Below the pieces are notes generated by a model. The model was not told the DNA's origin, ran no database searches, and saw only the letters and a program-made list of their open reading frames with translations. A stretch of 64,000 nucleotides of DNA from Raillietiella orientalis. Its lineage: Eukaryota. Each line of letters opens with the position of its first letter. Within the stretch, counting starts at the first letter, position 1. A program made the translations under genes and the position numbers. The stretch is from positions 1,364,001 through 1,428,000 of the forward strand of contig JAYWIR010000011.1 of the NCBI GenBank assembly GCA_036172245.1. Reading direction: 5' to 3'. Shown here piece after piece: positions 1-12,854 of the stretch.

Positions 1-65
1 CAACTTTTGTTTCTTGGCATCAGCAAAAAATATTTTGGCTCGCTCATCTAATTTGTCTTTGGCAT
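1..65 (-). CDS. ING3: ING3 coding exon 3 (partial, runs off window)
   Basis: After a 48 nt intron (66-113, gtgagt...tttag) the frame reads NAKDKLDERAKIFFADAKKQKL, aligning to ING3 NAMDQLEQRVSEFFMNAKKNK. Confidence 0.92.
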
Positions 66-113
66 CTAAATATTGCATGTCAAGCACTTAAATTCCCAAC
101 ACAAAGGACTCAC

Positions 114-185
114 TGTGGACTTGCAAATCCAATTCTCGTATTTCTGTAAACCTGTCCCGTAGCTCTTGGGGTAGATGCTCAATCA
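114..185 (-). CDS. ING3: ING3 coding exon 2
   Basis: ttttag|TG ATT GAG CAT CTA CCC CAA GAG CTA CGG GAC AGG TTT ACA GAA ATA CGA GAA TTG GAT TTG CAA GTC CAC A|gtgagt = (M)IEHLPQELRDRFTEIRELDLQVH, matching ING3 MIEQLPMDLRDRFTEMREMDLQVQ. Confidence 0.95.
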
Positions 186-2850
186 CTAAAAACCATAATT
201 CAATATTTCAAAATTTATTCACCTTACTATAATACTTCACACTGTCAAACATTCTTATGCAGATCATGGAGAAAAAAAGTCTCACCTAAGTTCGTCAACT
301 CATTGAAAATACCCAAATAAATTTGCTTGCCCATGCAAAACTGCATACAAATAAACCATAAAAAATGGTATTAAACGCAAAAGAAAACTTGCTATAATTC
401 AAGATTTTGGAATTCATTCAATTATGAATGCAAAATGAATATCTGAGCAATGTTTGTATCTTACACATAAAAATATTTAGGAAAGCACAGTTTCGCCATA
501 CAAATCTGTTATCAAATATTTCATGGGTTGTAATTAAAAATGAATGGAAATACAAATTAATTATCAATAATTTCTGAATTAATTAAACCACAGCTGTAAT
601 ACATACTTGTTAACAAGACCCTGAGGTCTAATTCTTTAATCATTTGGAAAAATCATTTGATATGATGCAAATAGTATTCAAGAAATTTGCTATAACTGAT
701 TCTGTACCCATTTTATTTTATTTTAATGTTGTACCGCAATCATAATGCTCAAATAGCGCAATAAATACATAACAAAGCTAAGCATATGCCAGATCTCCAT
801 TGCAAAATAAATTCATAATGGACTGTAATAATTTTTTGTAAAATGGCTATGAAAAACTTTTCAATCCATGATGTAGAGAAAATACTCAACATACATATTA
901 AAGAATCTACAATGTTCATAGAGCAGGCTATGGATTTAAATGAACTTTCTTTTTTTACATTGCTATTATTTTTTTAATGAAAACTTCAGTACACCACAAG
1001 TTATTGGTGAATTTCATGGATAAGGATTGTAATTGCCAAAATTATACAATGATGACAAAAAAACAAAACAAAAAAAAACATCGATTTTCTCACATGAAAA
1101 GTATTTAATCACAATATGAACAGATACTTTAGCAATGTCACATTAAAACTGTAAATATTCAATCTCTAGGAAACATGAGAAATACATACTTCAAACCTAC
1201 AACAAAAGGAGTTTTTTTTTTTTGCCAGTTTTTAAAGAATTTCAATTATGAGAAAACAAAGACATGAAATTTATCCACATGTTATAGATACTTTCTCAAT
1301 CCAACAGTTGCAAAAACATTCGCCTATAACAAAAACCTTGCAATGATTCCTTGCTAATGTAACACATTTACATTATTGGCTATGTTCCAAGGTTTGGGGA
1401 AAATCATTTTCTTGAACACTGAAGAAAAAATTTAGCATAATCAAAAGGATCATGAACTAAATGAACTCCTACAATGTAGGCAACGATGTTGTAAAAATTA
1501 ATATGAACAAATGCAGGATTTCCAATTATTCACATATTCCTTAGATCACATTAATTCCTTTCAATGGTTCCTCTGGTCATATCCATCATTAAATTTATAT
1601 ACTTGGTCACAATTGTATTCCTTCTTAATTAAACTACTTTCAAATTTCCAAGTTCTCTACAACATTTGTTTTATGCTTTTTGGTGATGACTTGTTTTATA
1701 TTCACTTAAGACTATGTTTAGCTTATAAAGGAGATTTGGGATATATAATCATAATTAACAATACCAACGCTCCCTTTAACAATTAAGTTGATGCTTTAAT
1801 TCGGAAATAAATAGAATTATCAATTATAAAAGCAATGCACATAATCTACAATATAATTATCAAATCTACATGCTTTGTCCATGTCATTCGCTATCAAATT
1901 CTTGAAGTACACGACATTCTCATTTTCTCATTGTTCAATTAATACTCTACTTCTATTCTGCAATTCACAGAAACACTTATTTATAGGCTTACATGTGGAG
2001 CAATTACAATTAAATAATTATTTCAAAGAAAACGTAATGCAAAAGCATTATAAAAAATCCTGAAAAGATACATCAGATGAAAAGCAATAATAAGTGTACA
2101 ATTTCTCCATGAGAAGATTACAGGAACTTACATAAGCATACAGCATAGGTATGATATCTTCAGCACAATACAATGTGAACAAGATGAAATCATTAAGTTT
2201 TATTACTAATTTGAGAAACACATAAAATAAACGAATACTCTCACACAAATTTTTAAATTACTTTTCAAAAAATCGAAATCAATTTCAATGATGGCTCAAA
2301 ATTGCTTCGTTATTCAGTACTAAATTAATTCATGTATTGGGCTATGCAACTCAATTTTTTACTCAAGGAATCCATCATGTGAACTCCTTAATATATTAAT
2401 TCATATGCAGTGTTATTAAGAAGAAATTTTCAACGAATTCATGATTTATTTTTAATTAAAAGTTACAACTGAACCAAATTACGAAGCATAAAGTGTATAT
2501 CAACATAATTTTGATAGCTGCCAAGTAAGCTTCTGCAAAGTTACACGAAATATGTTGCAAGCATGTCTCCTGACTTATATGTAATTTCTTTTACACCTGC
2601 GAAATGGCTTTTGCACTGAAGACTTACTTTAAAACCGAGTAGCCAGTCTCCTATTGCTGTTATGTGAATTAGAAAACGGGAACACTTCCCAAGATTACAC
2701 AGCATAGTCAAAAGATAAAAGCATTTCTTGTTCATACCAGTAAATATAAACCTTTTCTTACATATCCATATTCCAAATTAAACAATCAATAGTAAAAAAA
2801 TGCCTTCAAGAGCTTATGAATATAAAATTAGGTACAATAATATAACATAC

Positions 2851-2878
2851 TTTCTAAATAATCCTCCAAATAAAGCAT
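2851..2878 (-). CDS. ING3: ING3 (inhibitor of growth 3, NuA4/Tip60 subunit), coding exon 1
   Basis: Minus strand reads ATG CTT TAT TTG GAG GAT TAT TTA GAA A|gtatgt = MLYLEDYLE, the conserved ING3 N-terminus. 28 nt, followed by a canonical GT donor and in phase with exon 2. Intron 1 spans 186-2850. Confidence 0.93.
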
Positions 2879-3789
2879 CGTCTGTTGGCATATAAAAATA
2901 CCGAATCGGTTGAGTAATTCATCAAAAGACACTAAAATTTTTCTTCAGTGCTTTTCATAGCACTATAACACGTAGTATGTGCTAATTAAGTCTTAAATGG
3001 AGTCAAATAATTATGTGAATCAAACACACTTATCTCAGACTTAAATATCACTGTCACGGCGCACACCAAACGAAACAACTACACGTCTGAAAAAGCCTCA
3101 CATAATCATTAGCGCAGTGTTCAGACTGTTCTTTTTCATAGTCTCTGCATTTCATAAAAAAATCCAACCATTTACACGTATTCTTATGAATTATTCCACT
3201 TCCTTTGGTTTTATATTTCATTCGAATATCCTACTATGCATATGCATTATTTATACTACTGCAAGCTACTTTCTAAAAAAGCATGCTTACCAGATTGGAT
3301 AATCATGATTGCAGTGTGTACTGGAGACAAAACTACTATGTTCATGTGGAGAATAAAAATGATTACCTATTGCCAAAACAATCTACAATCCATGAAATAG
3401 GTTGATATTATGCAAAACATCAGTGATAACATTAGTTCCTTTCTTTTTTAGCAAAGAAGGAATGAAGTAAAGTAACAATTTCCTATAGCGTAACTTGGAC
3501 AAAACAATATTGCACTATCCCAAAAGCTATGAAAAGGTTTCAGGACAGTAATTACATGAAGGAAACTAAAATCCACACGAAAAGCACCTCAGCAACGTTT
3601 GATTTCATAATGTAGCTTGAAGACTTTAAGTTAGAAAAGGGAAATTTACAGATTGAAATAATGGTCAGGAAGAGAGATGAAAACCACAAAAGAGGACTGC
3701 ATATATTTGCGAATGCATAGAATAATTTTCAAAAGAAGATATGACTGGGAGTTGAATAAATGCTTCCCCCTCCTGATGAAGATAATCCG

Positions 3790-4060
3790 GATGAAGACGA
3801 CGATCGGTTCGGTCAACTTCCGTAAAATAGCTTTTCTACTGAAGGCAGTGGTTGAGAGTGCCTCGAAAGAAGTGCATTTCGACGAGAAAGGTCGAGGTGG
3901 ACAGCTTGTGATCAAGTGGTCCGATCTGATCGACCTCGTAGCCACAAATGTGTACGCGCCCAGTGGCAGCATCAAACGCTCCGAATACAAATCGTTTTTC
4001 GAAGGGCTGAGGCACAATTGGCTGGCCGAAGCAGGCGTGTGGAGAGCGCACTTGAATGTG
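3790..4060 (+). mobile_element. Tx1/L1-like retrotransposon, APE endonuclease fragment
   Basis: IAFLLKA..HFDEKGR..VIKWSDLIDLVATNVYAPS..FFEGLRHNWLAEAGVWRAHL aligns with the endonuclease copies at 43050-43300 and 52700. Confidence 0.8.
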
Positions 4061-4879
4061 AGAAAAGTGCGGGCGGCAAGTTGGGAAAACTGCAAGGAGC
4101 CCTCCAGCAAGGCAGAGTGGAAAGAGATTTCGCAACTCCCGTTCTCGTCATTGACAATCTAGCAGCCTGGGATCGAGCATAGGAAGAAAGAGTGCTCCTT
4201 ATTGCAGGTAATGCTAAGAAGGACTCGGAGAAGGTGAGCCTACTGAATTGGTATGCTGAGGTGGTTCAAACGGTACAGGTAGGACATGTATGCAACCAAC
4301 GTCACAAGAGGCACCGACACCCAAGTACAGCCGGAGCACCCCAGCGGGCTGCTTGCGCGAGGCAAAGCACAGGCAGCCGAGGAAGAAACGGGCCGAAGGG
4401 TGACGAACGGCGAAATTGAGGAGACGAGGAATCGCGAAGGAATGCCTAAAGCCCCTCTTGGGAAGCGATGTAAAGTAGCAAAGCGAAGCAAGAAAGCTTC
4501 AAGAATGTTCAAGTGCGTACCTGCATTTTGACAAAGTCGGTTATTAGACTGGGGTTCCGAAACAGAGCAAGCACGATACCATGAAGGCGATACCATGAGA
4601 TATTTGAACGGGTGGTTGGGACAGAGAACTAGTTGGACGTAAAGGAGGTTGATCAAGCGTAGCGATGCTCTTACAGAATGTAAGGTAATGTGGTCCGTAT
4701 TTTCATAACCCTTTCCACCAGCTTCCGAACAACATCCACTTGTAAAAACACATGGAATGCATGATTGAATGTGGAAGTCGATTTTATGTACTTGACGAAT
4801 GGCTTTAATGTGAGACTTAATTTCAGTCTCTCGAAAAAATGCTGAAAACGCTGAAAGTATTGTCAGCCGTCTGCAGGCA

Positions 4880-5735
4880 CATTTTTCTACCAGCGACACG
4901 GTGCTAATTCTTCATTTCTTCTGGAGGCCGCTGCTGGTGTTTCCTAAAGGCAGTCGGGGCACCACGGTCCGTACCAGAAAAAGCCTCCATTTTCGAAACA
5001 CACGAATGCAGTACAGCAGTGATGTACTGTTCCGTGTTGTCACACAGGCATTTTGCGGGACATCTACTGCTTCCTCCACGCGAGAAGAACACACGAGCGC
5101 GACTTTGGGCAGCGTCTGCTGCCAGAGGGCGCCCCCGCATCGAGGGGGAAGAGCAGAAGAGCGTACAGCAGGATTTCACGATGGCAGAGATGGTCTCCCC
5201 CATCGTCAAATGGAAACAGAGCAAAGCACGAGGGGAAGATGGCCTGCCTGCGGAGTCTAATCAATGCTTCGTGGCAGAGCTCGTCTCCCTGGTGCACAAT
5301 TGGCTGCTGGCACAATGGCAGTATGGCTGCTGATCCGTGAACGAGTTGGGACGTCCCGAACTCGTTAAGGTCAGCTAGAGTACGTTTCCTCCCCAAACGA
5401 GGAGGTCTGCGCAACGTAGGCAACTGACGTCACATGACTGTAGTGCAAATGGGGATGCAAAGCTGCTTGCAAATCTCGGAAATGAGCGATAGGGACGAAC
5501 GGAGAAATCCGTGGACAGTCCGGAGAAGAGCACCGATGTTTCCGGACGAACCATGGGGAAGCAAACCTGTTCCCCGCCGGCACCTTTTGGCAGCTGCAAC
5601 AACGCGGTTCGCAGGTGTGTGAAGAGAATCCTGCATCCTCTTCTGAACGGGGGAAGGGGGGGATGGCCGAAGAGGAGAAGCGGCGTCCGAAGCTCTTGCA
5701 GTCGCGGTCGATTTGCGAAAAGCATTCGATTTTCA
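4880..5735 (+). mobile_element. Tx1/L1-like RT fragment (decayed)
   Basis: FTMAEMVSPIVKWKQSKARGEDGLPAE, FLPKRGGLRNVGN and a DLRKAFD-like motif at ~5700-5730; frameshifted. Confidence 0.8.
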
Positions 5736-5739
5736 CTCA

Positions 5740-6927
5740 GATTTCGCCGCGGTGATTATTATTAATAAGCTTTTGCAAAGACGTTCTGTGGCTGGACCAG
5801 TGCTCCAGCCACGCGTGAAGGAACACAGAGCCAGCCGGGTCACCAATTCGTAGAACCGAACGGAATACCACGGGAGCTTGGAGAAGAAGGATAAACAAAA
5901 AAAACTAAACAAAAAAAAAGGAATAGTTGGGATGGTGCGTGTAGGTATCACTGTTGCTGCTGGGGCCGTTGCTTCCTTCGCATGATTTCGGCAAGCTCTT
6001 TTGCTATGCTTAAATCCAGGTGGGGCCATCGCGATGCACTTCTCAAAAATTCGGCGGCGTGCTGGCTGGCACCCTTGTCGCGAGGTCGTCCCGCAGCCTT
6101 AATCCAAGCGGCGACGATCCCGAGAAGTCAGCACAAGGTTGATAACGAGGCCGCAGGCCGAAGGGCATCGGCAACGAAGAGGGATTTTAAGGCGTCCCTG
6201 GGGTAGCCGCAGTGGATTGCCATGGACGCGGCAAAGCGTAGCCAAAGGGGCATGAGGGGAATACAATGCACAAGTAGGTGGGGGAAGGACTCCCGTTCCC
6301 CACACCTAACACAATTGGGGTCCACCGCTCCCCAGGTCCAGTGGTGTCGGCGGGCGTTGCAGGGGAGTCCCCAGTGCTGCAACAGTAGAGCCGACTCCTG
6401 CCATTTTAAGGGGAGTGTGGAGGTGTTGAGATGCACCGGTGGTCACTTGAGATGTTCAATCGGAACAACGAGCAGCGCGCCCCAGCGCAGAAGTCCATGG
6501 GAAGGCGTACTCGGGGTCGAAGCGTCGTTAGCTGTACCGTCTTCCACTCTCCTAGCTTCTTCTGCTTCCCGGAAATGCATACTGTAACCTCCCACTTCGC
6601 CGCATCATCGCTGTCCAGATCTTCCATTAGGAAGGCCAGCGCAGCAGCAAAGGGTGTTCTTCCTGTCCACACACTCTTCTTCGGATCCTCCAGGATGTCT
6701 CGGAGCGTACAACTTCTGTTGCACCCAAACAGGAACCGTCGTTCCTGTAGGGAGCCTTGCATGCAACTCTGTGGCCACGTGCGAATGGTTTGCTGCAACC
6801 AGGCACTACCGTTCGCTAGACGACCGGTGATCCATCCATGGTTTTTCCGTATCAGTGCAGCCACCCTCCGTAGCTGAAGTCCACATCGGTTCATGCGGCT
6901 GCGATGGAGTGCAAGAAAGGACGGGAG
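5740..6927 (-). mobile_element. Tx1/L1-like 3' fragment (ORF2 C-terminus, T-rich 3' UTR, degenerate terminus)
   Basis: LPLKWQESALLLQHWGLPCNARRHHWTWGAVDPNCVRCGERESFPHLLVHC (C-terminal CX2CX7HX4C finger), then a WPHL motif and T-rich UTR. Confidence 0.85.
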
Positions 6928-8182
6928 TCACGCGTTGCCGTTACGAAGGCAGCAGTGGCTAACGGAGCCCCACCGGACGAGGCAGAGCTCCGGGCTTACG
7001 TAGCGCAGGGCTACAAGCCCGCGCTCTCCTACAAGGTAAGCGCCTTGTACTCCGACTAGCTCTGGAACGAGATGGAGCGCGTCGGAGTCCGCGAGGACGA
7101 CCTCCTGGCGTTAATGCCGGTGAGCGCGCTAGGGCATTGGGAGGTGCACTGCAAGGATGCAGCCCTCGTCCGGCGCCTGTTCCGAGCGCCCCTGAAAATC
7201 AGGGGTAAGGAGGTCGTCCCCTCGGCCCTGGACCATTCGTTCGTGGTCAAACTCTCGGCCATTCGGCCGGGAATCGCCGACCGCGACCTGATCGTTGCAA
7301 TGAAGGCGTTCGCCACCGTGCACGCATTGTGGAGGCGCGTGAACCCCTTCAAGAAGGTTCCGCGCTTCTCTTGCGGACTCGCCACGGCGCGCGTCACTAT
7401 GACAACCGGTGGCTGCTGCCTTCGCAGATGCATCTTGGTGACGCTGTAGTTTTTCTTCGGTTTGCCGGACAAACCCCGGCTTGCGGCAACTGCGGCAAGG
7501 AAGGCCACCGTCCGCGGAAGTGCCCTACACGCAGTTGCCGCTACTGTAAGATGCTTGGCCACTCGATCAACCAGTGCGCCGAGCTGAAACGTAAAGACGG
7601 GCGAGGAACGTACCCGCAACATCGCCGTCCGTGCCGATTCCATCCGCCCCATCGTAGGGCAAGAAATCCGGCGCGAACGAGGCTTCGCAGCGGAGTAGCC
7701 AAAAATTCGTTTGCGCGGGTGTGTCTGGGAGCAAAGCTTCCCAAAAGTCCGCGAAAGAGGGCAAAAGGCAACTCCAAGCTGCCCAGAGCAAGCCCCGAGC
7801 GACGCAGTCTGCCGAGAACATCGGGCAAACTGCAAAACCTCCGCTTCCGTCCGCTCTCGCTCCGGAGCGAAATAGCGGTGGCACTCCCGGGAGGTCCACC
7901 GGAGCGCCCAAAAAGGGGTCCCGCGCCCCTCCGGCCTCGAAAGGCAAGCCGGCCACGGCGAGCCGATTCGCGGCAAAGGCTGCAAAGCCTCGCGCGACAC
8001 CGAACAATCCCTCCACTCTGCCCGCACCTTCCGGTGAGGAGGTGTCAAAGGCAGATGTGGCGAATTAAAAACTGGCCGCCATCGCCGAAGGGGAGGCCTT
8101 GGAACGGATGCAGAGGACCCTAGAAGCCCTCGCGCCCAGCCGTGGCAAACCGGAGAGCAGCGAGGCTGGCTGGACTTTCGTT
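6928..8182 (+). mobile_element. Tx1/L1-like ORF1 (gag-like, CCHC knuckles), disrupted
   Basis: YVAQGYKPALSYKV..FATVHALWRRVNPF..FAGQTPACGNCGKEGHRPRKCPTRSCRYCKMLGHSINQC: two CX2CX4HX4C knuckles; contains a stop and a frameshift. Confidence 0.88.
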
Positions 8183-10664
8183 GATGCCACCCGGATACGC
8201 CGGGACGTTTATTAAAACTTTTCAATCGTCAATACATTACGTGGTACAAGGCCCCACTAATGGCCAACATTCCCCAGGACCTGCCGGGACGCCGGGACGC
8301 AGACCAGCGTGACTCTCCTCGGCAGTGGAAGAGGAAGGGGGCAAAAACAAAAAGAAAAATAAAACAATAACCGAAAAAAAAAGAGATCTTGGAGGGAAGG
8401 GAAGGGATCACTGTCCGCTGCGTGGAGTTACTATCCTTTGCAGGATGCCGACAGGTCCTTCTGCAGATTTCCCAGGTGGGGCCATCGGGTTGCTATTTGC
8501 AGAAAGCGACTCCATGACATCCCTTCCGTTAACATCTTCTGCTTCGTCGGATCCACTCCAAGCCGCCACAATACCGCGGATGCAGCTGAGCGTTACTACG
8601 ACACCGGCTGGCTACAGGGCGTCCCGCACGAAGAAAAGCCGAAAAACGTCTCTGGGAGGGTTACCTTCCACACTCTATCATGTTCCGCAGCGTGCAGCGG
8701 GTGTAGATGCCGGGACGCAGGCGGTTGCAGGGTTCTCCACTAGGCTGGTTTAACTTCGCCCACGTGGCAACCGTTTCTTCCAGCCATGCGCTGGAGTTAG
8801 CGGGGCTGCAGGCCATCCACCCGTTCTCCTTTGCCAGGGTGGCCATGCGTCCCAGGAGAAGGCCGCATCTTCTTATTTTCCGGCCGGGGCACAGAAGAAA
8901 AGACGCGAGTCCTTCAGTCCCGGACACACGTCTGGCGAGGAGGCGGGCCGGAACGCACCAAGGGGTGCTCCACAACTTCGCTGCTGTGGCCAAGGTTCGG
9001 CATCGCAGCTGAATTTCCATGCGCTCCAGAGTCAGAAGACCTAGACCACCATCTCGACGCGGAGCGCACAAGTCCATCAAAGGGACTCGGGGCCTGCCCT
9101 TGCCCCAAAGGGCGATGCGCAGGAGGTCCTTTGTACTCTTTTTTATTTCCATGGGGATGGGGCAAACAAAAAGTAGGGGGCGAAGGATGGGGGCCGCAAA
9201 CGCGTTCCATACCGCGGCCCGTTCTGGCAAGTGGAACTTGCCCTCCAGGAACGGGTCGATCTCCAGCTCCACTTTCTGGAGACGGCCTGACCAGGTTTCT
9301 GACGGGCAGAAGTCCCCAACGGAACGCCAAGGTACTGCAGATATCCGCCCGTCGGGATCCTCAGGCGGATCCAATCAGGCCGTCCTACACACGTCGCTCC
9401 AACTGCAACCACCGACGATTTTGCCCTGTTAACCCGGAGCCCCGTCCCACGTCTTAGCAGGTCGAAGAAATATTCGACTGCCGTTGCCGGGGCGGACATT
9501 GGGAGCAGGAGCAGCAGATCGTCGGCATAGGCGGACACGGCAGGCGTGCCGGGGCACGAGCTTGGCAAGAGCCAAAGTCTTCCTGTAAGCTCTCAGCACC
9601 AACTCGAAGTAGGTGCTAAAGAGCAGGGGACTGAGGCTATCGCCCTGCCGTATCCCGCGGCGCACTCGCACGCCGTACACGTTTTGTCCTCTGAAAAATA
9701 TGTTCGTCAGCGCGGCGCGCCAGCAGGAGCGCAGGTACGCCGTTAAGGTAGGTGGGAAGCCCATGCGATGCAGAAGCTCCAGGATAAGCTCCTGGTCCAC
9801 GCAGTCGAACGCCTTGTGGAGATCGACTGCGATCGCTAGGGCACCCTTGCCCGCCCGGCTGTCCCCACCCTGAACAGCGGTCACCTCAAATTGGGGTTGC
9901 CGACAGATCCCTTCCGCTCTTTAACTTCGCTTTGCACATGAAACCATGTGCTGGCGAAGAACAGGTTAGCCTCCATACTTCGCCCGCGAACAGCGTAAGT
10001 CTGCTCCGGGCTAATTACGGATTCGGCTACCTGTCCGAGCCCCGCAGCCCACAGTTTCGCGACCAACTTGACGTCCGTGTTCACGACCGTGATCGGATGC
10101 CGGTTGTTCAACTTACGGAGGTCTCCTCCCTTAGGAAGGAGCCTCATCCTAGCTGACCGGAACGAGGCGGGAACATCGCCTTCTTCCCGGATCAGCTGTG
10201 TCAACCTAAGCACCAAGGGGGTCATCTCTGCCGCGAAGCTTTGAAAAAACTCCGCCGGCAGGCCGTCCTCCCCTGGCGCCTTAAGCCTCTTGAGCCTTTT
10301 AATCGCGATGATGATTTCACCGGTCGTAAAAGGCTCGTTTAGGCTTTCCCTCTCCTCCTCCGAAGAACTCGCGGACCGAACTCTTGAAGAAGTCCCAATC
10401 CTCGAGATTCCGGAGGGTGACGCCTCTCAGGAATTGGCGGAGATGATCCGCCGCACCTGGGAGCCTCGTCCAATCCCCCGGAAAACGCCACGCCCTGGAT
10501 GGGGGTCCCTTATGGCGTGGCCAAACATCCAATATCAGAGGAAATGGTCGGACAGCGTCGACGGGAGTCTTCCTCGTTTACCGACTCGTGTACACAGGTC
10601 GTAGTCGAGGAAAACGTGGTCGATGCTGTCCTCCATTTCCGGGTCCCCCTCCATCAAGTTGCGT

Positions 10665-10721
10665 CCAAGTCAGATATTGCACCAAGTCAGATAAATTCCC
10701 CGGCTCACCCGGGTGATGAAC
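10665..10721 (+). mobile_element. Minimal insert made essentially of the element's 3' terminal hairpin
   Basis: GATAAAttCCCCGG-CTCAC-CCGGGTGATGAAC preceded by a 12 bp duplication (CCAAGTCAGATA at 10665 and 10682). It interrupts the minus-strand EN between GGRL and RNL. Confidence 0.7.
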
Positions 10722-10989
10722 AACCGACCCCCTAAGATCCTCTCGATCTCATCGACGTCTCTTGCAGTGATCACGTGGATCTCCTGCAGGAGCGCCAGGT
10801 CGAATTCTCGCAGGATGTCGGCTGTATCTCGCCTGTTGCCGTCGTCGCGCAGCCCGTTGACATTCCAACAGGTCACGCGGATCCGTCGGCGACAGGCGAG
10901 CCCAGGGGTTATTCCTGGGAATGTGGCAGTGCGGCTCCCGCCACCTGATCGGGCGGGACGGATGGAGGAGGGGGTGCATCGCGCAACGG

Positions 10990-11210
10990 TTCTCCCTCCT
11001 CCATGGAGGTCGATTCCGCTGCAGCCCTCATCGGTGGGAGTAGGCGGGTATCACCTACCTGCTCTTCCTCCTCCATGGGGTCCGATTCGTCGGCTGGGCC
11101 GGTCGGTGGAAGGGGGAGGTTGTCACCTACCTGCTCCTCCTCCTCCATGGGGGTTGACAGCTGCTCGGTCACGGGGAGTGGGAAATTCCCTTCCTCCGTT
11201 CCCACGCTGC
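10990..11210 (-). repeat. ~72 bp imperfect tandem repeat (about 3 units) in ORF1 C-terminus
   Basis: PMEEEEQVGDNLPLPPTGPADESD / PMEEEEQVGDTRLLPPMRAAAEST / SMEEGEPLRDAPPPPS. Confidence 0.85.
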
Positions 11211-11384
11211 CGGCTTCCCCCCAGGCTGCCGGTGCGTCCCCCTCCTTCTTGGTCGGGATGCGCCTCCTTGGATTCTTGGACTTCCGTCCTGTCTTCTTTG
11301 GAGGCGCCTCCGCGGAGGAGGACGCACTACCGGCATCCGGATCAGCATCACCTTCTTCAGGTGCCTTGACCGCGGCCGGCCTTC

Positions 11385-12083
11385 TCAAGGCCTTTCGCGC
11401 CGGGTTCTCACGGCTTCTGTGGCTGCATTGGGGTCTACCCTGCAACGCGCGCCGCTTCCACTGGACGCGGGGAAGAGTAAATCCTGCGTGTGCCAGGTGT
11501 GGGGAGCGGGAGTCGCTCCCCCACCTCTTAGTTGAATGCCCTGCCGTCCAGATTCTTTGGGATCGGCTTAAAACGGCCCTCCGGATACCGGATGGTGGCA
11601 ATGTTGGATGTGTCTTCAGTCTTGTCTTCGTGCGGGACGCCCTCAGTCCAGCCGCAGCCCTGGCAGCACTTTGCTGCATTCGTGGTATCGTGGCGGCCTG
11701 GAGTGATGCCGAAGATGAAGACTGCATCGTGAGGGACGTCATCGAGTATGCTTCTCGCTTCCTGCAGAGAGCTACCCGATGGCCCCATCTAGGAAAACTG
11801 AAAATGGAACTAGAAGGCATCCTGCAAAGGATGGGCGCTCCCAGCAGTTTTCTGTGATCCCTTCCCGGCCCTCCAAACTTTTTTTTGTGGTTTGTTTTTC
11901 TCTTTTATTTTATTTTTGTTTTCTCCCCCATCCCCCTCCACTGCCGAGGAGAGCCACACCGGGCTGCGTCCCGGTGTCCCGGCAGTTCCGGTATTGCGTG
12001 GCCGTCAGTGGGGCCTTGTACCACGTTCTGTATTGACTGTTGAAATGTTTTTAATAAACGTCCCGGCGTATCCGGGTGGCATC
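11385..12083 (+). mobile_element. 5'-truncated Tx1/L1-like 3' fragment inserted antisense into ORF1 of the 8183-12850 copy
   Basis: LHWGLPCNARRFHWTRGRVNPACARCGERESLPHLLVEC...RWPHLG, stop at 11857, T-rich UTR, terminus at 12053-12083. Confidence 0.92.
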
Positions 12084-12854
12084 GGCCGACGAGTTCGGCC
12101 GCAAGCTCTTCCGCCTCCTGTTCGAAGGCGGCGTCCTCGATCACGGAGAGCGCGTCGCACGGCTCCTCCTCTGTTTGCAGAGAGGGTTCGCCTCCGGGGA
12201 TCGCGGCTTCGACGCAAACGAGGCGGGGGATATCTCCCCCGGTGGCGGCCTCTGAGGCCCCCACGCGCTCCAAAGTGACCGAGCATTCGCGGAGCAATGC
12301 GCGGCGCTGTTTCCTATTCAAAGGATTCGCAGCTGGCTCCGCTTTCGGGCCTTTGGTTTTCTTTGGTTTCTTTGGCTTCACCGTCTGCCAGCCCTCGTTC
12401 TCACCAGCGTCGTCGGGAGTATGCTGAGAGGGTTCGGGCTCTGGCTTCTGGATACGCCTTGCTGTAGCCTCTTTGGGCTTCGACGATTTTTCCGCGCGTT
12501 TCCCTTGAACTTTTTTCAAAGCGGGGGGAGTCGGAGTTTCGCGCTTTGGGCACACTTTCCGGAGGTGGCCCTTCTCTCTGCAGTGGAAGCACTGGATGTG
12601 AGGGCACTGTTTTTTCAGGTGCCCTGTGGCATCGCAGTGTCCACAGTACTTGGGTTTCCCCACGTACCAGACATCGACTGTCTCGCTGGCGACGTCCAGC
12701 TTGTGCGGTAACCCACCGTTTTCATGCACGGTTACATGCGCTGCGGCCATGCCACTAAAAGCCTTCCATAGGTTTGGAAGACGTTGAGCTTGGTCCAGAG
12801 CGCGTGTACCGTGCCGTACTTGCTGAGTTCCTCCTGCACGTCCGGTACCTTGCG

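Larger units (their letters stand above)
8183..12850 (-). mobile_element. Near full-length but internally deleted Tx1/L1-like element (ORF1-EN-RT-C-terminus-3' terminus) carrying two antisense inserts
   Basis: Colinear on minus strand: ORF1 (12850-12085, CGHCDATGHLKKQC and CFHCREKGHLRKVC; 11380-10909), EN (WNVNGLRD, LQEIH, DHVF, SDH), RT (KAPGEDGLP, DLHKAFD, GIRQGDSLSPLLF, YADD, YLGV), C-terminus, 3' hairpin at 8183-8213. Confidence 0.92.

Noticed and set aside
1500..2040. Pogo/Tigger relic in ING3 intron 1 (IKAST, EYNCDQVYKF on minus strand)
   Set aside because: Only two short degenerate motifs in very AT-rich DNA; too weak to call.
7056..8225. Long ORFs such as 7056-8225(-), 55781-56956(-), 59072-60016(+) and 58987-59802(+) as genes
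   Set aside because: They are antisense or off-frame shadows of GC-rich TE and repeat sequence with no recognisable domains.
10720..12083. L1 twin-priming 5' inversions as the explanation for head-to-head fragments
   Set aside because: The inverted pieces are not adjacent on the element map, and the host pieces are colinear on both sides of the insert, which fits nested insertion better.
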